From the NCBI GenBank assembly GCA_963779425.1, contig CAVZYD010000006.1:372447-436446 (forward strand): a DNA stretch of 64,000 bases, read 5' to 3'. This document shows, piece after piece, positions 26,948 through 36,612 of this stretch (the stretch's first letter is position 1; the number at the start of each line of letters is the position of its first letter). Position numbers and translations under genes: made by a program. The notes beneath the pieces were generated by a model. It ran no database searches. It saw only the letters and a program-made list of their open reading frames with translations, and was not told the DNA's origin. This DNA is from an uncultured Acidimicrobiaceae bacterium. GTDB lineage: Bacteria; Actinomycetota; Acidimicrobiia; Acidimicrobiales; Bog-793.

Positions 26948-27790
26948 GTGGTGGGCGATCCTCAGGCGCATTCAGATCCGGCTGAATCAGCCGTAGAGAG
27001 CCTGGCGGAGGCTTCGTACGACGAGACTGCGCCCGAATGGCCCGCGCCCGAGTCGTCACCGCGGAGCCCGCCCGAGGACGATGGGCATCTCGAAACGCAA
27101 CGCCGCCTCGCCCGCCTGGCGGTGGACGGCGAGATTCGCGTCGCGCTCCAGCCGATAATCGATCTCGCCACGTCCGATGTGATCGGCTACGAGGCGCTGG
27201 CGCGTTTCCCCGGGGACGAGACCATCTCACCTCGTACCTGGTTCGCGGAGGCAGCCAAGGTCGGGCGGTTGCAAGAGATCGAGATGACGGCGATCCGCGC
27301 CGCGCTCGCTCAGCTGGGAAGACTCCCACCCGAGGCGTTCATCTCCGTGAACGTGTCCCTTCTCACCGCAGCCTGCGACGAGCTCGGCGACCTCCTCAGC
27401 TCCGTCGAAGCTTCACGGGTCGTCCTTGAGATCACCGAGGACGCCGTTGCGGCAGGCTACGACGAGGTGAGCGAGGCGGTCGGGGAGCTACGCGCCAAAG
27501 GCGTGAGGATCGCCCTCGACGACAGCGGGTCGGGCTCGGTGTACCTCTCCAGGCTCTTGGACGTGCACGCGGACATCATCAAGATCGATGTCGAGGTCAC
27601 CCGCGGCATCGCCTCCGACCCAATGAAAGAAGCCATGGCCTACGCCATCAAGTCCCTCGCCGACCGGCTGGGCGCTATGAGCCTGGCCGAGGGAATCGAG
27701 ACCGATGAGGACCTCAAGGCCTTGCAGGCCGTTGGCATTCAGGCTGGTCAGGGCTACTTATTTGGCCGACCTGAGCCGGTCGGGGACTAG
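26948..27790 (+). CDS. Stand-alone EAL domain c-di-GMP phosphodiesterase
   Basis: LQPI, YEALARF, SVNVS, LEITE, ALDDSGSG, IKID, AEGIET, QGYLFGRP. Confidence 0.88.
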   Translation: MVGDPQAHSDPAESAVESLAEASYDETAPEWPAPESSPRSPPEDDGHLETQRRLARLAVDGEIRVALQPIIDLATSDVIGYEALARFPGDETISPRTWFAEAAKVGRLQEIEMTAIRAALAQLGRLPPEAFISVNVSLLTAACDELGDLLSSVEASRVVLEITEDAVAAGYDEVSEAVGELRAKGVRIALDDSGSGSVYLSRLLDVHADIIKIDVEVTRGIASDPMKEAMAYAIKSLADRLGAMSLAEGIETDEDLKALQAVGIQAGQGYLFGRPEPVGD

Positions 27791-27912
27791 GCGCAGAACC
27801 CGCACCGTCGAGGTCGGAGCGGCTGGCAACCTGGCGCGAAGGTGCGCCGGCGCCGTGTGGCCTAGGGTGCTCGCGGCGTGCCGCCGAGGCCATGTCTTGC
27901 CTGCGGGCCCGC

Positions 27913-27933
27913 TTTCCAGTAACTATCTGGAAA
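27913..27933. promoter_or_regulatory. Perfect 7-7-7 inverted repeat, candidate operator
   Basis: TTTCCAG-TAACTAT-CTGGAAA in an AT-rich patch upstream of the MerR-TetR gene. Confidence 0.45.
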
Positions 27934-27981
27934 TAGAATCTTGATTTACACCGCCAGGAACATTGGAGCGAGAAGAAGCCG

Positions 27982-28905
27982 GTGGAAGCCAGCCGCTGGA
28001 GTGGGTCAGGAGAGGGCGGGGGTCCGTGGCCCCCGATGTCGGCCGCGCGCGGTCAAACCTCGCCAGCCACAGCCTTAGCTTCGCCCCCTAGCGCGCTTTC
28101 GTCCAGCTCACAGGCCCGTTTCACCATTTCCGTCCTCGCCGAGAAGACGGGCACGCCAGTTCCGACGATCCACCACTACCGACACCTCGGCCTCTTGCCG
28201 GAGGTGACCGAGCTCGCCTCGAACCGCTTTCTGTATGACGATCGCCACATTGAGGCGCTGAACCTCATCCGCCTTTTGCGCGAGGAGCGGAACCTGCCTC
28301 TCGAGACGATCCGGGAGATGCTGCCGGAGCTGCTCGCCTTCGACAGGGAGGGCGATTTCTCCCAGGAGACCTGGGACGAGGTCATCGCCGCCTACCTGGA
28401 GCGATCGGGGCCGGCCATCGTCTCGGCCCGGCTCGTGGCCGCCGCCCGGGAGGCCTTTGCCCAGCATGGCTACGCGGGAGTCAACGTGGCGGACATCTGC
28501 GCTGCCGCTGACGTTGCCAAGGGCACCTTCTACAGGTACTTCGACTCGAAGGAGGCCATCTTCCTCGCCGCGGCGCGTTCCACCGTCGAGGCGGTCGGAG
28601 AGCAACTGGACGAGATGCCCGCGCCGATGAGCGAGCACCAGGCGATCGAGAGGCTGAAGCTCCTCTTGGGACCGATGGCCCCATTGCTGCTGGAGGTGGC
28701 GACAGGGGAGCTGCGCCACCAGCCCAATCTCGTCGGTGTCGCCGGTGTTATCACCGCCGGTCTCGCCAGCCGACTCGTGCCGCGGCTGCGCACGAGAGGC
28801 AAGGCGGCCAGGGTGACCGCGCGGCGAGTCGTGGACGCGGCCCTGGTCGGCCTGCTCCGCCCCACGCTCGAGTCGACAAGCTCCTCACAATCGTCATCTT
28901 CCTGA
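27982..28905 (+). CDS. Hybrid MerR-HTH plus TetR-HTH transcriptional regulator (start may be ATG 28036)
   Basis: FTISVLAEKTGTPVPTIHHYRHLGLLP..YDDRHIEALNLIR (MerR); AAREAFAQHGYAGVNVADICAAADVAKGTFYRYFDSKEAIF (TetR). Confidence 0.85.
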   Translation: MEASRWSGSGEGGGPWPPMSAARGQTSPATALASPPSALSSSSQARFTISVLAEKTGTPVPTIHHYRHLGLLPEVTELASNRFLYDDRHIEALNLIRLLREERNLPLETIREMLPELLAFDREGDFSQETWDEVIAAYLERSGPAIVSARLVAAAREAFAQHGYAGVNVADICAAADVAKGTFYRYFDSKEAIFLAAARSTVEAVGEQLDEMPAPMSEHQAIERLKLLLGPMAPLLLEVATGELRHQPNLVGVAGVITAGLASRLVPRLRTRGKAARVTARRVVDAALVGLLRPTLESTSSSQSSSS

Positions 28906-29041
28906 TTTCCCTTCCCGTCCCGAGCTCGCCCGCTCGCCCCTGTGCCCGAACGAGCAGGTCGGGAACCGGTTTCTCCTCGGCCAGGGCAGCTGGGGGGCGG
29001 CCGGGCCGGCGCCGGCTGGCGGCCTGCGGCGCTGACATCCC

Positions 29042-29089
29042 TTGACGGGGGAGCCCGCGCACGTATAACAAAGGTGGACTGGTAGTCAT
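29042..29089 (+). promoter_or_regulatory. Hopanoid operon promoter with downstream palindrome
   Basis: TTGACG (29042-47), 16 bp, TATAAC (29064-69). GACT-GGT-AGTC palindrome at 29077-29087. AAGGAG RBS before ATG 29115. Confidence 0.5.
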
Positions 29090-29114
29090 CGGCGCTACGC
29101 GAAGGAGTAGACCG

Positions 29115-30053
29115 ATGGTGTCTATTGGATCAGGCCAATCCCCCGGAGGCAGGTTCGACGTGCCTGACCGGCTAGCTACGAAGCAACCGGGCCTCCCCCC
29201 GGGAGGCCACTTCGACGCGGCCGACGTGCTGGCAAAAAAGGCGGGAAACGAGAACTTCCCCGTGGCCTCGCACCTGTTGGCCAAGGCGTCGCGGGAGAGC
29301 CTGATGGCCATCTACGGTTTCGCCCGCCTTACCGACGACATCGGCGACGAGGCCCAAGGTGACCGCCTGGCGATGTTGGACTGGCTCGAGTCCGACCTCG
29401 AGCGTGCCACGGCGGGTGATGCCATCAATCCCGTGCTCCGCCGGCTCACGCCGGTGGTCGGGGGCCTCCAGCTGAGCCTGGACCCGTTCCGGGCCCTGAT
29501 CGAGGCCAACAGGATGGACCAGCGCGTCACCCGCTACGAGAGCTTCGCTGACCTCGTGGAGTACTGCATGCTCTCGGCGGCTCCCGTGGGCCGGCTCGTC
29601 CTTTCCGTGTTCGGGGTATCGACGCCGGAGCGGGTCGCTCTTTCCGACAAGGTCTGTATCGGCCTGCAGCTCATAGAGCACCTCCAGGACATCGGGGAGG
29701 ACGCGGGGCGGGGCCGCATCTACATGCCGGCCGAGGACATGCGCCGCTTTTCTTGCTCCGAAACTGACCTGTTGGAGCCTCACGCACCACCCGCGCTGAA
29801 AAGCCTCGTCGCCATGGAGGTGTCGAGGGCGCGCGAGCTGCTCGCGGCAGGAGTGCCGCTCGCGAGATCGCTCCGGCTACGTCCCCGGGCGGCCGTCGTC
29901 GGATTCGCCGCCGGCGGCCTGGCGGCGCTCGACTCCATCGAGGGTGCCGGCGGCGACGTGCTCGGGACTCGTTGCCGTCCCCGCAAGCTCGGCTTTGCCG
30001 GCCACGCGTTGAGAGGCCTCCTGGCCGCGAGCTCAAAGCGAGGGCGCGCTTGA
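29115..30053 (+). CDS. hpnC: Hydroxysqualene synthase HpnC
   Basis: ENFPVAS, AIYGFARLTDDIGDE, YCMLSAAPVGRLVL, LQLIEHLQD..D...GRIYMP. Confidence 0.92.
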   Translation: MVSIGSGQSPGGRFDVPDRLATKQPGLPPGGHFDAADVLAKKAGNENFPVASHLLAKASRESLMAIYGFARLTDDIGDEAQGDRLAMLDWLESDLERATAGDAINPVLRRLTPVVGGLQLSLDPFRALIEANRMDQRVTRYESFADLVEYCMLSAAPVGRLVLSVFGVSTPERVALSDKVCIGLQLIEHLQDIGEDAGRGRIYMPAEDMRRFSCSETDLLEPHAPPALKSLVAMEVSRARELLAAGVPLARSLRLRPRAAVVGFAAGGLAALDSIEGAGGDVLGTRCRPRKLGFAGHALRGLLAASSKRGRA

Positions 30054-30889
30054 ACACCGAACTCGCCTACGACTTCTGCGAGGCGGTCACAGGGCAGCAA
30101 GCAAAGAACTTCGCCTACGGCATAAGACTGCTGCGCCGGCCCGAACGCCGTGCCCTTTCTGCTGTCTACGCCCTCGCCCGGCGGATCGACGACATCGGCG
30201 ACGGCCAGGACGCACCGGAACTGAAGCTCGCCGGACTGCAGACGATCCGCAAGGAGATCGACCCGATCGATCCGGCGACGAACGACCTGGTGCTGGTCGC
30301 CGTGGCTGACGCGGCTCGCCGGTACGGCCTTTCCATGTCGTGCTTCGGCGAGATCATCGACGGCTGCGAGATGGACGTGACGGGAACCTCGTACGAGACG
30401 ATCGACGATCTCATCGGCTACTGCCGCCGGGTGGCGGGCTCGGTGGGCAGGCTGTCGCTTCCCATGTTCGGCTGTAGCGACACCGAGCAGGCGGTCCCGC
30501 TCGCTGACGCCCTCGGCGTCGCCTTGCAGCTCACCAACATCCTGCGTGACGTCGTCGAGGACCGATCAGTAGGGCGCGTGTACCTGCCGCGGGCCGATGC
30601 CAGCTCGGTCGGCTGCTCGCCCGATCTCGCCGGCCCGCCAGCGGACATAGCCCGGCTTGTGGCCCTCGAGTGCCGCCACGCCGAGGCGTGGTTCGCAGAG
30701 GGCTTGGCGCTTCTCCCCTTGCTCGATCGCCGGGGACGGGCCTGTGTGGCCGCCATGGCCGGGATCTACCGACGCCTGCTCGTGCGTATCGAGCGGGAGC
30801 CGCTGGCCGTGACGCGGGGACGAATTTCGCTCCCGACGTGGGAGAAGGCCCTGGTCGCAGGACGCAGCCTCGCCGGAGCGCGGCCATGA
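30050..30889 (+). CDS. hpnD: Presqualene diphosphate synthase HpnD
   Basis: AKNFAYGIRLL, YALARRIDDIGD, YCRRVAGSVG, LQLTNILRDV.ED..GRVYLP. TTG start overlaps the hpnC stop. Confidence 0.92.
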   Translation: MNTELAYDFCEAVTGQQAKNFAYGIRLLRRPERRALSAVYALARRIDDIGDGQDAPELKLAGLQTIRKEIDPIDPATNDLVLVAVADAARRYGLSMSCFGEIIDGCEMDVTGTSYETIDDLIGYCRRVAGSVGRLSLPMFGCSDTEQAVPLADALGVALQLTNILRDVVEDRSVGRVYLPRADASSVGCSPDLAGPPADIARLVALECRHAEAWFAEGLALLPLLDRRGRACVAAMAGIYRRLLVRIEREPLAVTRGRISLPTWEKALVAGRSLAGARP

Positions 30890-32244
30890 GCCCGACTCGT
30901 ATCGGGGTCGTCGGGGGCGGGCTGGCCGGCATGGCGGCGGCCCTTTGTGCCGCGGACGGCGGGGCGGAGGTCGTCTTGTTCGAGCGCCGCCCGGTCCTTG
31001 GCGGCCTCACGTCCTCGATCCGGCGCAACGGGCTCTCGTTTGACAACGGCCAGCACGTGTTCCTTCGTTGTTGCTCGGCCTACAGGGGCTTTGTCGACCG
31101 CATCGGCGCCAACGACAAGGTCTTCCTGCAACCCCGCCTCGACGTCCCGGTGCTGGCCCCAAACGGCCCGCACGCCTCTATCAAACGGACGAGGCTGCCC
31201 GCGCCCTTGCACCTGGCCGGCTCCCTCGGGCGCTACCGCCATCTGTCCCTCACCGAACGGGTCCGCCTGGGGCGCCCCGCCCTCGCGCTCGGCCGGCTCG
31301 ACCCGGACGACCCGTCGCTCGACAACGTCTCGTTCGGGGACTGGCTCGTCCGCCATGGCCAGAGCGAGCGGGCGATCGAGCGCCTCTGGAACCTCATCGC
31401 CTTGCCCACGATCAACGTGCCAGCTGATGAGGCATCGCTCGCACTTGCGACCAAGGTCTTCCGCGTCGGGCTCCTCGACCGCTCCGACGCCGGCGACATC
31501 GGCTGGTCCACAGTCCCCCTCGCCGAGCTCCACGGTGCTGTCACCGCCAAGGCGCTCGAGTCCTGTGGCGTGGAGCCGGTGCTCGCCAGCCCGGTGAGCG
31601 CGATCGGTCGCTCGTCCGCCGGTTTCACGCTTTGTGCCGGTGAACGCAGCGAGGCAGTCGACGCCGTGATCGTCGCAACGCCGTTGCGCGTCTCGGCGTC
31701 GCTCGGTGCCTTTGAGAGCGAGGCGGACCTGGACCGGCTCGGGGCCTCTCCGATCGTCAATGTCCACTTGGTCCTCGACCGAAAGGTGACCGAACTTCCC
31801 CTGGCGGCCTGCGTTGACTCGCCGGTCCAGTTCGTCTTCGACCGCACCGCCTCAAGCGGAGTCGACTCCGGGCAGTGCCTGGCCGTCTCGCTTTCGGCGG
31901 CGGACTCCTATATCGCTCGGGGGTCGAGCGAGCTCGTGAGCATGTTCCTCGAGGCGTTGCGCGAGCTGTTCCCGCTCGCGCGCCAGGCAAGGCTCGTCGA
32001 CGCAGTCGTCACCCGCGAGCGGGCGGCGACGTTTCGTGCCGTGCCCGGGACGCGGGCACTGCGGCCGAGGTCGCGCACCAAGGCGCCAGGAGTGTTCCTC
32101 GCGGGAGCCTGGTGCGACACGGGATGGCCGGCGACGATGGAGGGCGCAGTCCGCTCCGGCCAACAGGCCGCCCGCGAGGCGCTCGAGCTCGTCTTTGGCA
32201 CACGCGCCCGAGACGGCAGAGAATTGGAAGGGGCAGGGGCATGA
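30886..32244 (+). CDS. hpnE: Hydroxysqualene dehydroxylase HpnE
   Basis: VVGGGLAG FAD motif, DNGQHVFLRCC, LAGAWCDTGWPATMEGAVRSG. Confidence 0.92.
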   Translation: MSPTRIGVVGGGLAGMAAALCAADGGAEVVLFERRPVLGGLTSSIRRNGLSFDNGQHVFLRCCSAYRGFVDRIGANDKVFLQPRLDVPVLAPNGPHASIKRTRLPAPLHLAGSLGRYRHLSLTERVRLGRPALALGRLDPDDPSLDNVSFGDWLVRHGQSERAIERLWNLIALPTINVPADEASLALATKVFRVGLLDRSDAGDIGWSTVPLAELHGAVTAKALESCGVEPVLASPVSAIGRSSAGFTLCAGERSEAVDAVIVATPLRVSASLGAFESEADLDRLGASPIVNVHLVLDRKVTELPLAACVDSPVQFVFDRTASSGVDSGQCLAVSLSAADSYIARGSSELVSMFLEALRELFPLARQARLVDAVVTRERAATFRAVPGTRALRPRSRTKAPGVFLAGAWCDTGWPATMEGAVRSGQQAAREALELVFGTRARDGRELEGAGA

Positions 32245-33251
32245 CCGTCGTCTCTTCTCCGGCCACTCGCGAGAGTGCTCGTCTGGCTGCTGAGTCCCTG
32301 GCCCGGGCGAAGGCTCTCGTGACGCCGGCACTGGACACAGCGGTGCGCCGGCTCTGCCCCGAGCTCCGGCCGGCGGTGAGCGAGCACCTCGCCGGAGGGG
32401 GCAAGTTCGTGCGTGCCGGGATCGTGCTCAGCGCGGCGGCGGCGGCGGGAGGAGAGGCGGAAGCCGCACTGGTCGGAGGTGTCGCCATCGAGCTCGTGCA
32501 CAACTTCTCGCTCATCCACGACGACATCATCGATAGAGACCTGGAGCGACGGCACCGCCCCACCGTGTGGGCCGAGCACGGGGTGGGTCATGCCATCATC
32601 GCCGGGGACGCCCTTGCGACCCTCGCTTTCCAGGTCCTTTTGGAGGAGCCGAGCGCGGAGCGGGTCCGTGCCGCCGTGCGGCTTGCCGAGGCCACCCAGG
32701 CGATGATCGCCGGCCAGGCCGAGGACATGGCCTCCGAGCTGCGCAACACCTTGTCAGTCGAAGAGTGTCTCCACATGGAAGCCGGCAAGACCGGGGCCCT
32801 TTTGTCTTGTGCCGCCGCCATGGGCGCGATCCTCGCCGGCGCGACCGCCTCCACGATCGAGGCACTGGCGGACTTCGGCCGCCACCTCGGGATCGCGTTC
32901 CAGGCCATCGACGACGTGCTCGGCATCTGGGGCGAGCCGGCCGTGACAGGCAAGGCGGTGGGAAACGACCTGCGCCAGCATAAAAAGACGCTCCCGATCG
33001 CCCTCGCCCTCGCCCGGGGCGGCGAGCTGCCCGCGCGCCTTGAAAGGTTGCTCGAGGGTGAGCTCACCGAGTCACAGGTGCAGGAGGCCACCCGTGTCCT
33101 AGAGCACTGCGGTGCACGCGAGGAGACAATGGCGATCGGGGAGACGCAGCTTTGCGCCGCCCTCGGTTCCCTCGAGCGGGTGGCTTTGGAGTTCGGGCCG
33201 CGCTCTGAGCTAGCGGCGATCGCCCACTATGTGACCGAGCGTGACCGATGA
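32241..33251 (+). CDS. Short-chain polyprenyl (FPP/GGPP) diphosphate synthase
   Basis: GGK, HNFSLIHDDIIDRDLERRHRPT, GQAED, KTGAL, FQAIDDVLG, KKTLP. Confidence 0.9.
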   Translation: MTVVSSPATRESARLAAESLARAKALVTPALDTAVRRLCPELRPAVSEHLAGGGKFVRAGIVLSAAAAAGGEAEAALVGGVAIELVHNFSLIHDDIIDRDLERRHRPTVWAEHGVGHAIIAGDALATLAFQVLLEEPSAERVRAAVRLAEATQAMIAGQAEDMASELRNTLSVEECLHMEAGKTGALLSCAAAMGAILAGATASTIEALADFGRHLGIAFQAIDDVLGIWGEPAVTGKAVGNDLRQHKKTLPIALALARGGELPARLERLLEGELTESQVQEATRVLEHCGAREETMAIGETQLCAALGSLERVALEFGPRSELAAIAHYVTERDR

Positions 33252-35134
33252 GAGGTCCAGCCGCGCACCCGCCTGTTCACGCGGGATCGCAAGACGACGC
33301 CAGAGGCTGTCTGAAAAGGGCCATCGAGGCCCTCGAAGCGCTCCAGCATCCGCAAGGTTGGTGGAAGGGCGAGCTCGAGACCAACGTGACCATGGATGCC
33401 GAGGATCTCTTGTTGCGCGAATTCCTGGGCATCCGCACGCCCGAGCAGACAGCCTCGGCCGCTCGTTGGATCCGCTCGTGCCAACGCGACGACGGCACGT
33501 GGGCGAACTTCTACGACGGCCCGCCGGAGCTCTCGACCACCGTCGAGGCCTACGTCGCGCTGCGCCTCGCAGGGGACTTACCCCAGGCCGAGCACATGCG
33601 GCGCGCCGGCGAGTTCATCCGAAGCTCCGGAGGCGTCGAGCGCACCCGGGTCTTCACCCGGATCTGGTTGGCCCTGTTCGGCCTGTGGTCATGGGACGAG
33701 CTCCCCGTGCTCCCCCCCGAGCTCATGTTCCTGCCCAGCTTCGTCCCGCTCAACATCTACGACTTCGGCTGCTGGGCACGCCAGACCGTGGTGGCGCTCA
33801 CCGTGGTGAGCGCCCACCGGCCCTCCCGGGCGATCGGATTCGGCATCGACGAGCTGAAGAGCGGTCTTCCCGCGCCGCCGATGGCGCCGCTCAACACGTG
33901 GGCGGGCCGTTTCCAGACGCTCGATCGGGTTCTCAAGCTCTACGAGCGACGGCCGGTCAAGTCCCTGCGCGTGGCCGCTTTGAGACGGGCGGAGCGTTGG
34001 ATCCTGCAGCGTCAGGAGGCGGACGGTTCCTGGGGCGGTATCCAGCCGCCATGGGTGTACTCGCTCATGGCCTTGAGCTTGCAGGGCTACGCGCTGGACC
34101 ACCCTTGCATGCGGGCGGGCCTCGACGGCCTCGACGGCTTCACCATCGAAGACGAAAGCGGCAGGCGGCTCGAGGCCTGTCAGTCACCCGTGTGGGACAC
34201 AGCCCTCGCCGTGACCGCGCTAGCCGACGCCGGGCTGGAGCCGAGCGACCCCGTACTGCGCGCTGCCGCGCGCTACCTGCTCGCCGAGGAGATCACCGTG
34301 CCGGGGGACTGGTCCGTCCGGCGCTCTGCTTTGCAGCCAGGAGGCTGGGCCTTCGAGTTCGCCAACGACAACTATCCCGACATCGACGACACGGCCGAGG
34401 TCGTGCTGGCGCTGGACCGCACCGACGAGGCCGCGGACGCGGCCGTGGAGCGCGCCATCGCCTGGATCGAGGGGATGCAGTGCAGTGACGGGGGCTGGGC
34501 GGCTTTCGACGTCGACAACACCCGGACCCTGTGCCGGGAGCTCCCGTTTTGTGACTTCGGGGAGCTGATCGATCCGCCGAGCGCGGACGTGACGGCGCAC
34601 GTGGTCGAGATGCTGGCCAAGCTCGGGCGATCGCCCCTGGCCGTCGCCCGCGGCGTGGAGTGGTTGCTGCGGGCCCAGGAGAAGGACGGATCCTGGTTCG
34701 GTCGCTGGGGCGCCAACTACATCTACGGCACCGGGGCCGTCGTCCCTGCGCTCGTCGCCAGCGGTCTGAGGGAGGACCACCCCGCCGTGCGCCGGGCCGT
34801 CGCCTTTTTGCAGGAGCACCAGAACCCCGACGGCGGCTGGGGCGAGGACCTGCGCTCCTACCGGGACCTCACCCAGGCCGGCCGCGGAATCTCGACCGCC
34901 TCCCAGACGGCCTGGGCCCTGCTCGCAATGCTGGCGGCGGGGGAGCGTTCCGAGACGACTCGACGCGGGGTCGGCTACCTCGTCGAGACCCAGAACGAGT
35001 CCGGTTCGTGGGACGAGCCCTACTTCACCGGGACCGGGTTCCCGGGTGACTTCTACATCAACTACCACCTTTACCGGCTGGTGTTCCCCGTCACGGCCCT
35101 GGGGCGCTACGTGAACGGAGATCCCCACGGCTGA
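33248..35134 (+). CDS. shc: Squalene-hopene cyclase
   Basis: Catalytic YPDIDDTA (DXDD), multiple QW repeats (QEADGSWG, QEKDGSW, QNPDGGWGE), TGTGFPGDFYINY. Confidence 0.97.
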   Translation: MRGPAAHPPVHAGSQDDARGCLKRAIEALEALQHPQGWWKGELETNVTMDAEDLLLREFLGIRTPEQTASAARWIRSCQRDDGTWANFYDGPPELSTTVEAYVALRLAGDLPQAEHMRRAGEFIRSSGGVERTRVFTRIWLALFGLWSWDELPVLPPELMFLPSFVPLNIYDFGCWARQTVVALTVVSAHRPSRAIGFGIDELKSGLPAPPMAPLNTWAGRFQTLDRVLKLYERRPVKSLRVAALRRAERWILQRQEADGSWGGIQPPWVYSLMALSLQGYALDHPCMRAGLDGLDGFTIEDESGRRLEACQSPVWDTALAVTALADAGLEPSDPVLRAAARYLLAEEITVPGDWSVRRSALQPGGWAFEFANDNYPDIDDTAEVVLALDRTDEAADAAVERAIAWIEGMQCSDGGWAAFDVDNTRTLCRELPFCDFGELIDPPSADVTAHVVEMLAKLGRSPLAVARGVEWLLRAQEKDGSWFGRWGANYIYGTGAVVPALVASGLREDHPAVRRAVAFLQEHQNPDGGWGEDLRSYRDLTQAGRGISTASQTAWALLAMLAAGERSETTRRGVGYLVETQNESGSWDEPYFTGTGFPGDFYINYHLYRLVFPVTALGRYVNGDPHG

Positions 35135-36612
35135 GCTCAAGGTCCTCACAGCACTCCGCGTGGAGGCGATCGCCGTGGGCGGCGCCGATGTCGTCATCGG
35201 CGCCGGGGCGGCGCGGGCCGCGGCGCGCCGGCGCCGAGCTTGCCGCGAGGCTCGACGAGCAGACCGCGGTAGCCCTCGTCGGCGTAGCGGGAGGCCTCGC
35301 CCCCGAGCTGCACCCGGGCGACCTAGTCATCGCCAGCGAGCTTCGCACCACCGAGTCGTCGCAGTCGCGCAGCCTGCCCAGCATGGGCTTTTTGGCCGCC
35401 GAGTTCCGCCGCGCCGGCCTCGGGGTGCTCACCGGGCCCCTCGTCTCATCCTCAAGATATGTTCGGGCCGGGGACCGAAAGGCGCTGGCGGACTCGGGCG
35501 CCGTGGCCGTCGACATGGAGTCGGCCTGGGTCATGGGCTGCCTTCCGAAGAACCCGCTCGCCGTCATCCGGTCCATATCGGACACGGGCAGCTGCGGGCC
35601 GGTCCTCGGCGGTGTCCGTGCGCTCGGGTCCCTCTCGGCCGTGCGCCGGCCGCTCGAGCGCTGGGCGCGCGCCTGCGGTGAGCACGAGGTGGTGCTCGCC
35701 TCACCCCGCTCGTTCTGTGCCGGTGTCGACCGTGCGATCGAGATCGTCGAGCGGGCATTAGAGCTTCACGGTGCGCCCGTCTTCGTGCGCCGCCAGATCG
35801 TCCACAACTTGCACGTCGTACGTGGCCTCGAGTCGAAAGGGGCCGTGTTCGTCGAGGAGCTGGACGAGGTCCCCCCGGGCTCGGTCGTCGTGCTCGCCGC
35901 CCACGGGGTGGCCCCGGTCATACGTGCGCAGGCCTCAGAGCGAAGTGATCTCAAGGTCATAGACGCCACCTGTCCGCTCGTCGCCAAGGTGCACACCGAG
36001 GCGCGCCGGTACGCCAACCAGGGCTACGACCTCATCTTGATCGGCCACCCCGACCACGAGGAGGTGATCGGGACCCTCGGCGAGGCACCGGACCGTTTCC
36101 ACGTCGTCGAAGGGGCCGAGGACGTCGCCAGGCTCCAGCTCACGGCGGGCTCGGACCGCCCGGTCGTCTACCTGACCCAGACGACGCTTGCCACCGACGA
36201 GACGGCCGAGATCGTCGCCGCCCTGCGGCGCCGGTTCCCCGAGATCACCGGGCCACCGGCCGACGACATCTGTTATGCCACCCAGAACCGCCAGGACGCC
36301 GTGCGCCTGATCGCCCATCGTTGCGACCTCATGCTCGTCGTGGGCTCGGCCAACTCGTCCAACACCGCCCGCCTCGTCGAAGTGGCTCAGCGGGAGGGCT
36401 GCCGCGCGGAGCTGATCGAGGACGCCTCGCAGCTGGAGCTGGGGTGGCTGGCGGGCGTGAGGAGCATCGGGCTCACCGCCGGCGCGTCGGCTCCCGACAT
36501 CCTCGTCCAAGAGGTGCTCGACACACTCTCCTCTCTCGGGCCGGTGCGCCTGAGCGAGGAGAGGACCAGAGAAGAAACCGTCCGCTTTTCCCTACCGACA
36601 CAGGTGCGCTGA
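35127..36612 (+). CDS. ispH: Fusion of HpnG-like nucleoside phosphorylase domain and IspH (HMBPP reductase); +1 frameshift near 35220-35226, start uncertain
   Basis: N-terminal GVAGGL.P.L.PGDLVIA..AVAVDMESA..VIRSISD (PNP/MTAN fold) runs in frame into SPRSFCAGVDRA, IVHN, DATCPLV, DICYATQNRQ, SSN, TAGASAP. The first ~30 codons are in another frame. Confidence 0.82.

Noticed and set aside
29115-32244. Carotenoid pathway (crtB/crtI) with a CarH/LitR-type MerR regulator
   Set aside because: Two synthase paralogs plus HpnE, shc and hpnH define the squalene/hopanoid route. The regulator has a TetR module, not a B12-binding domain.
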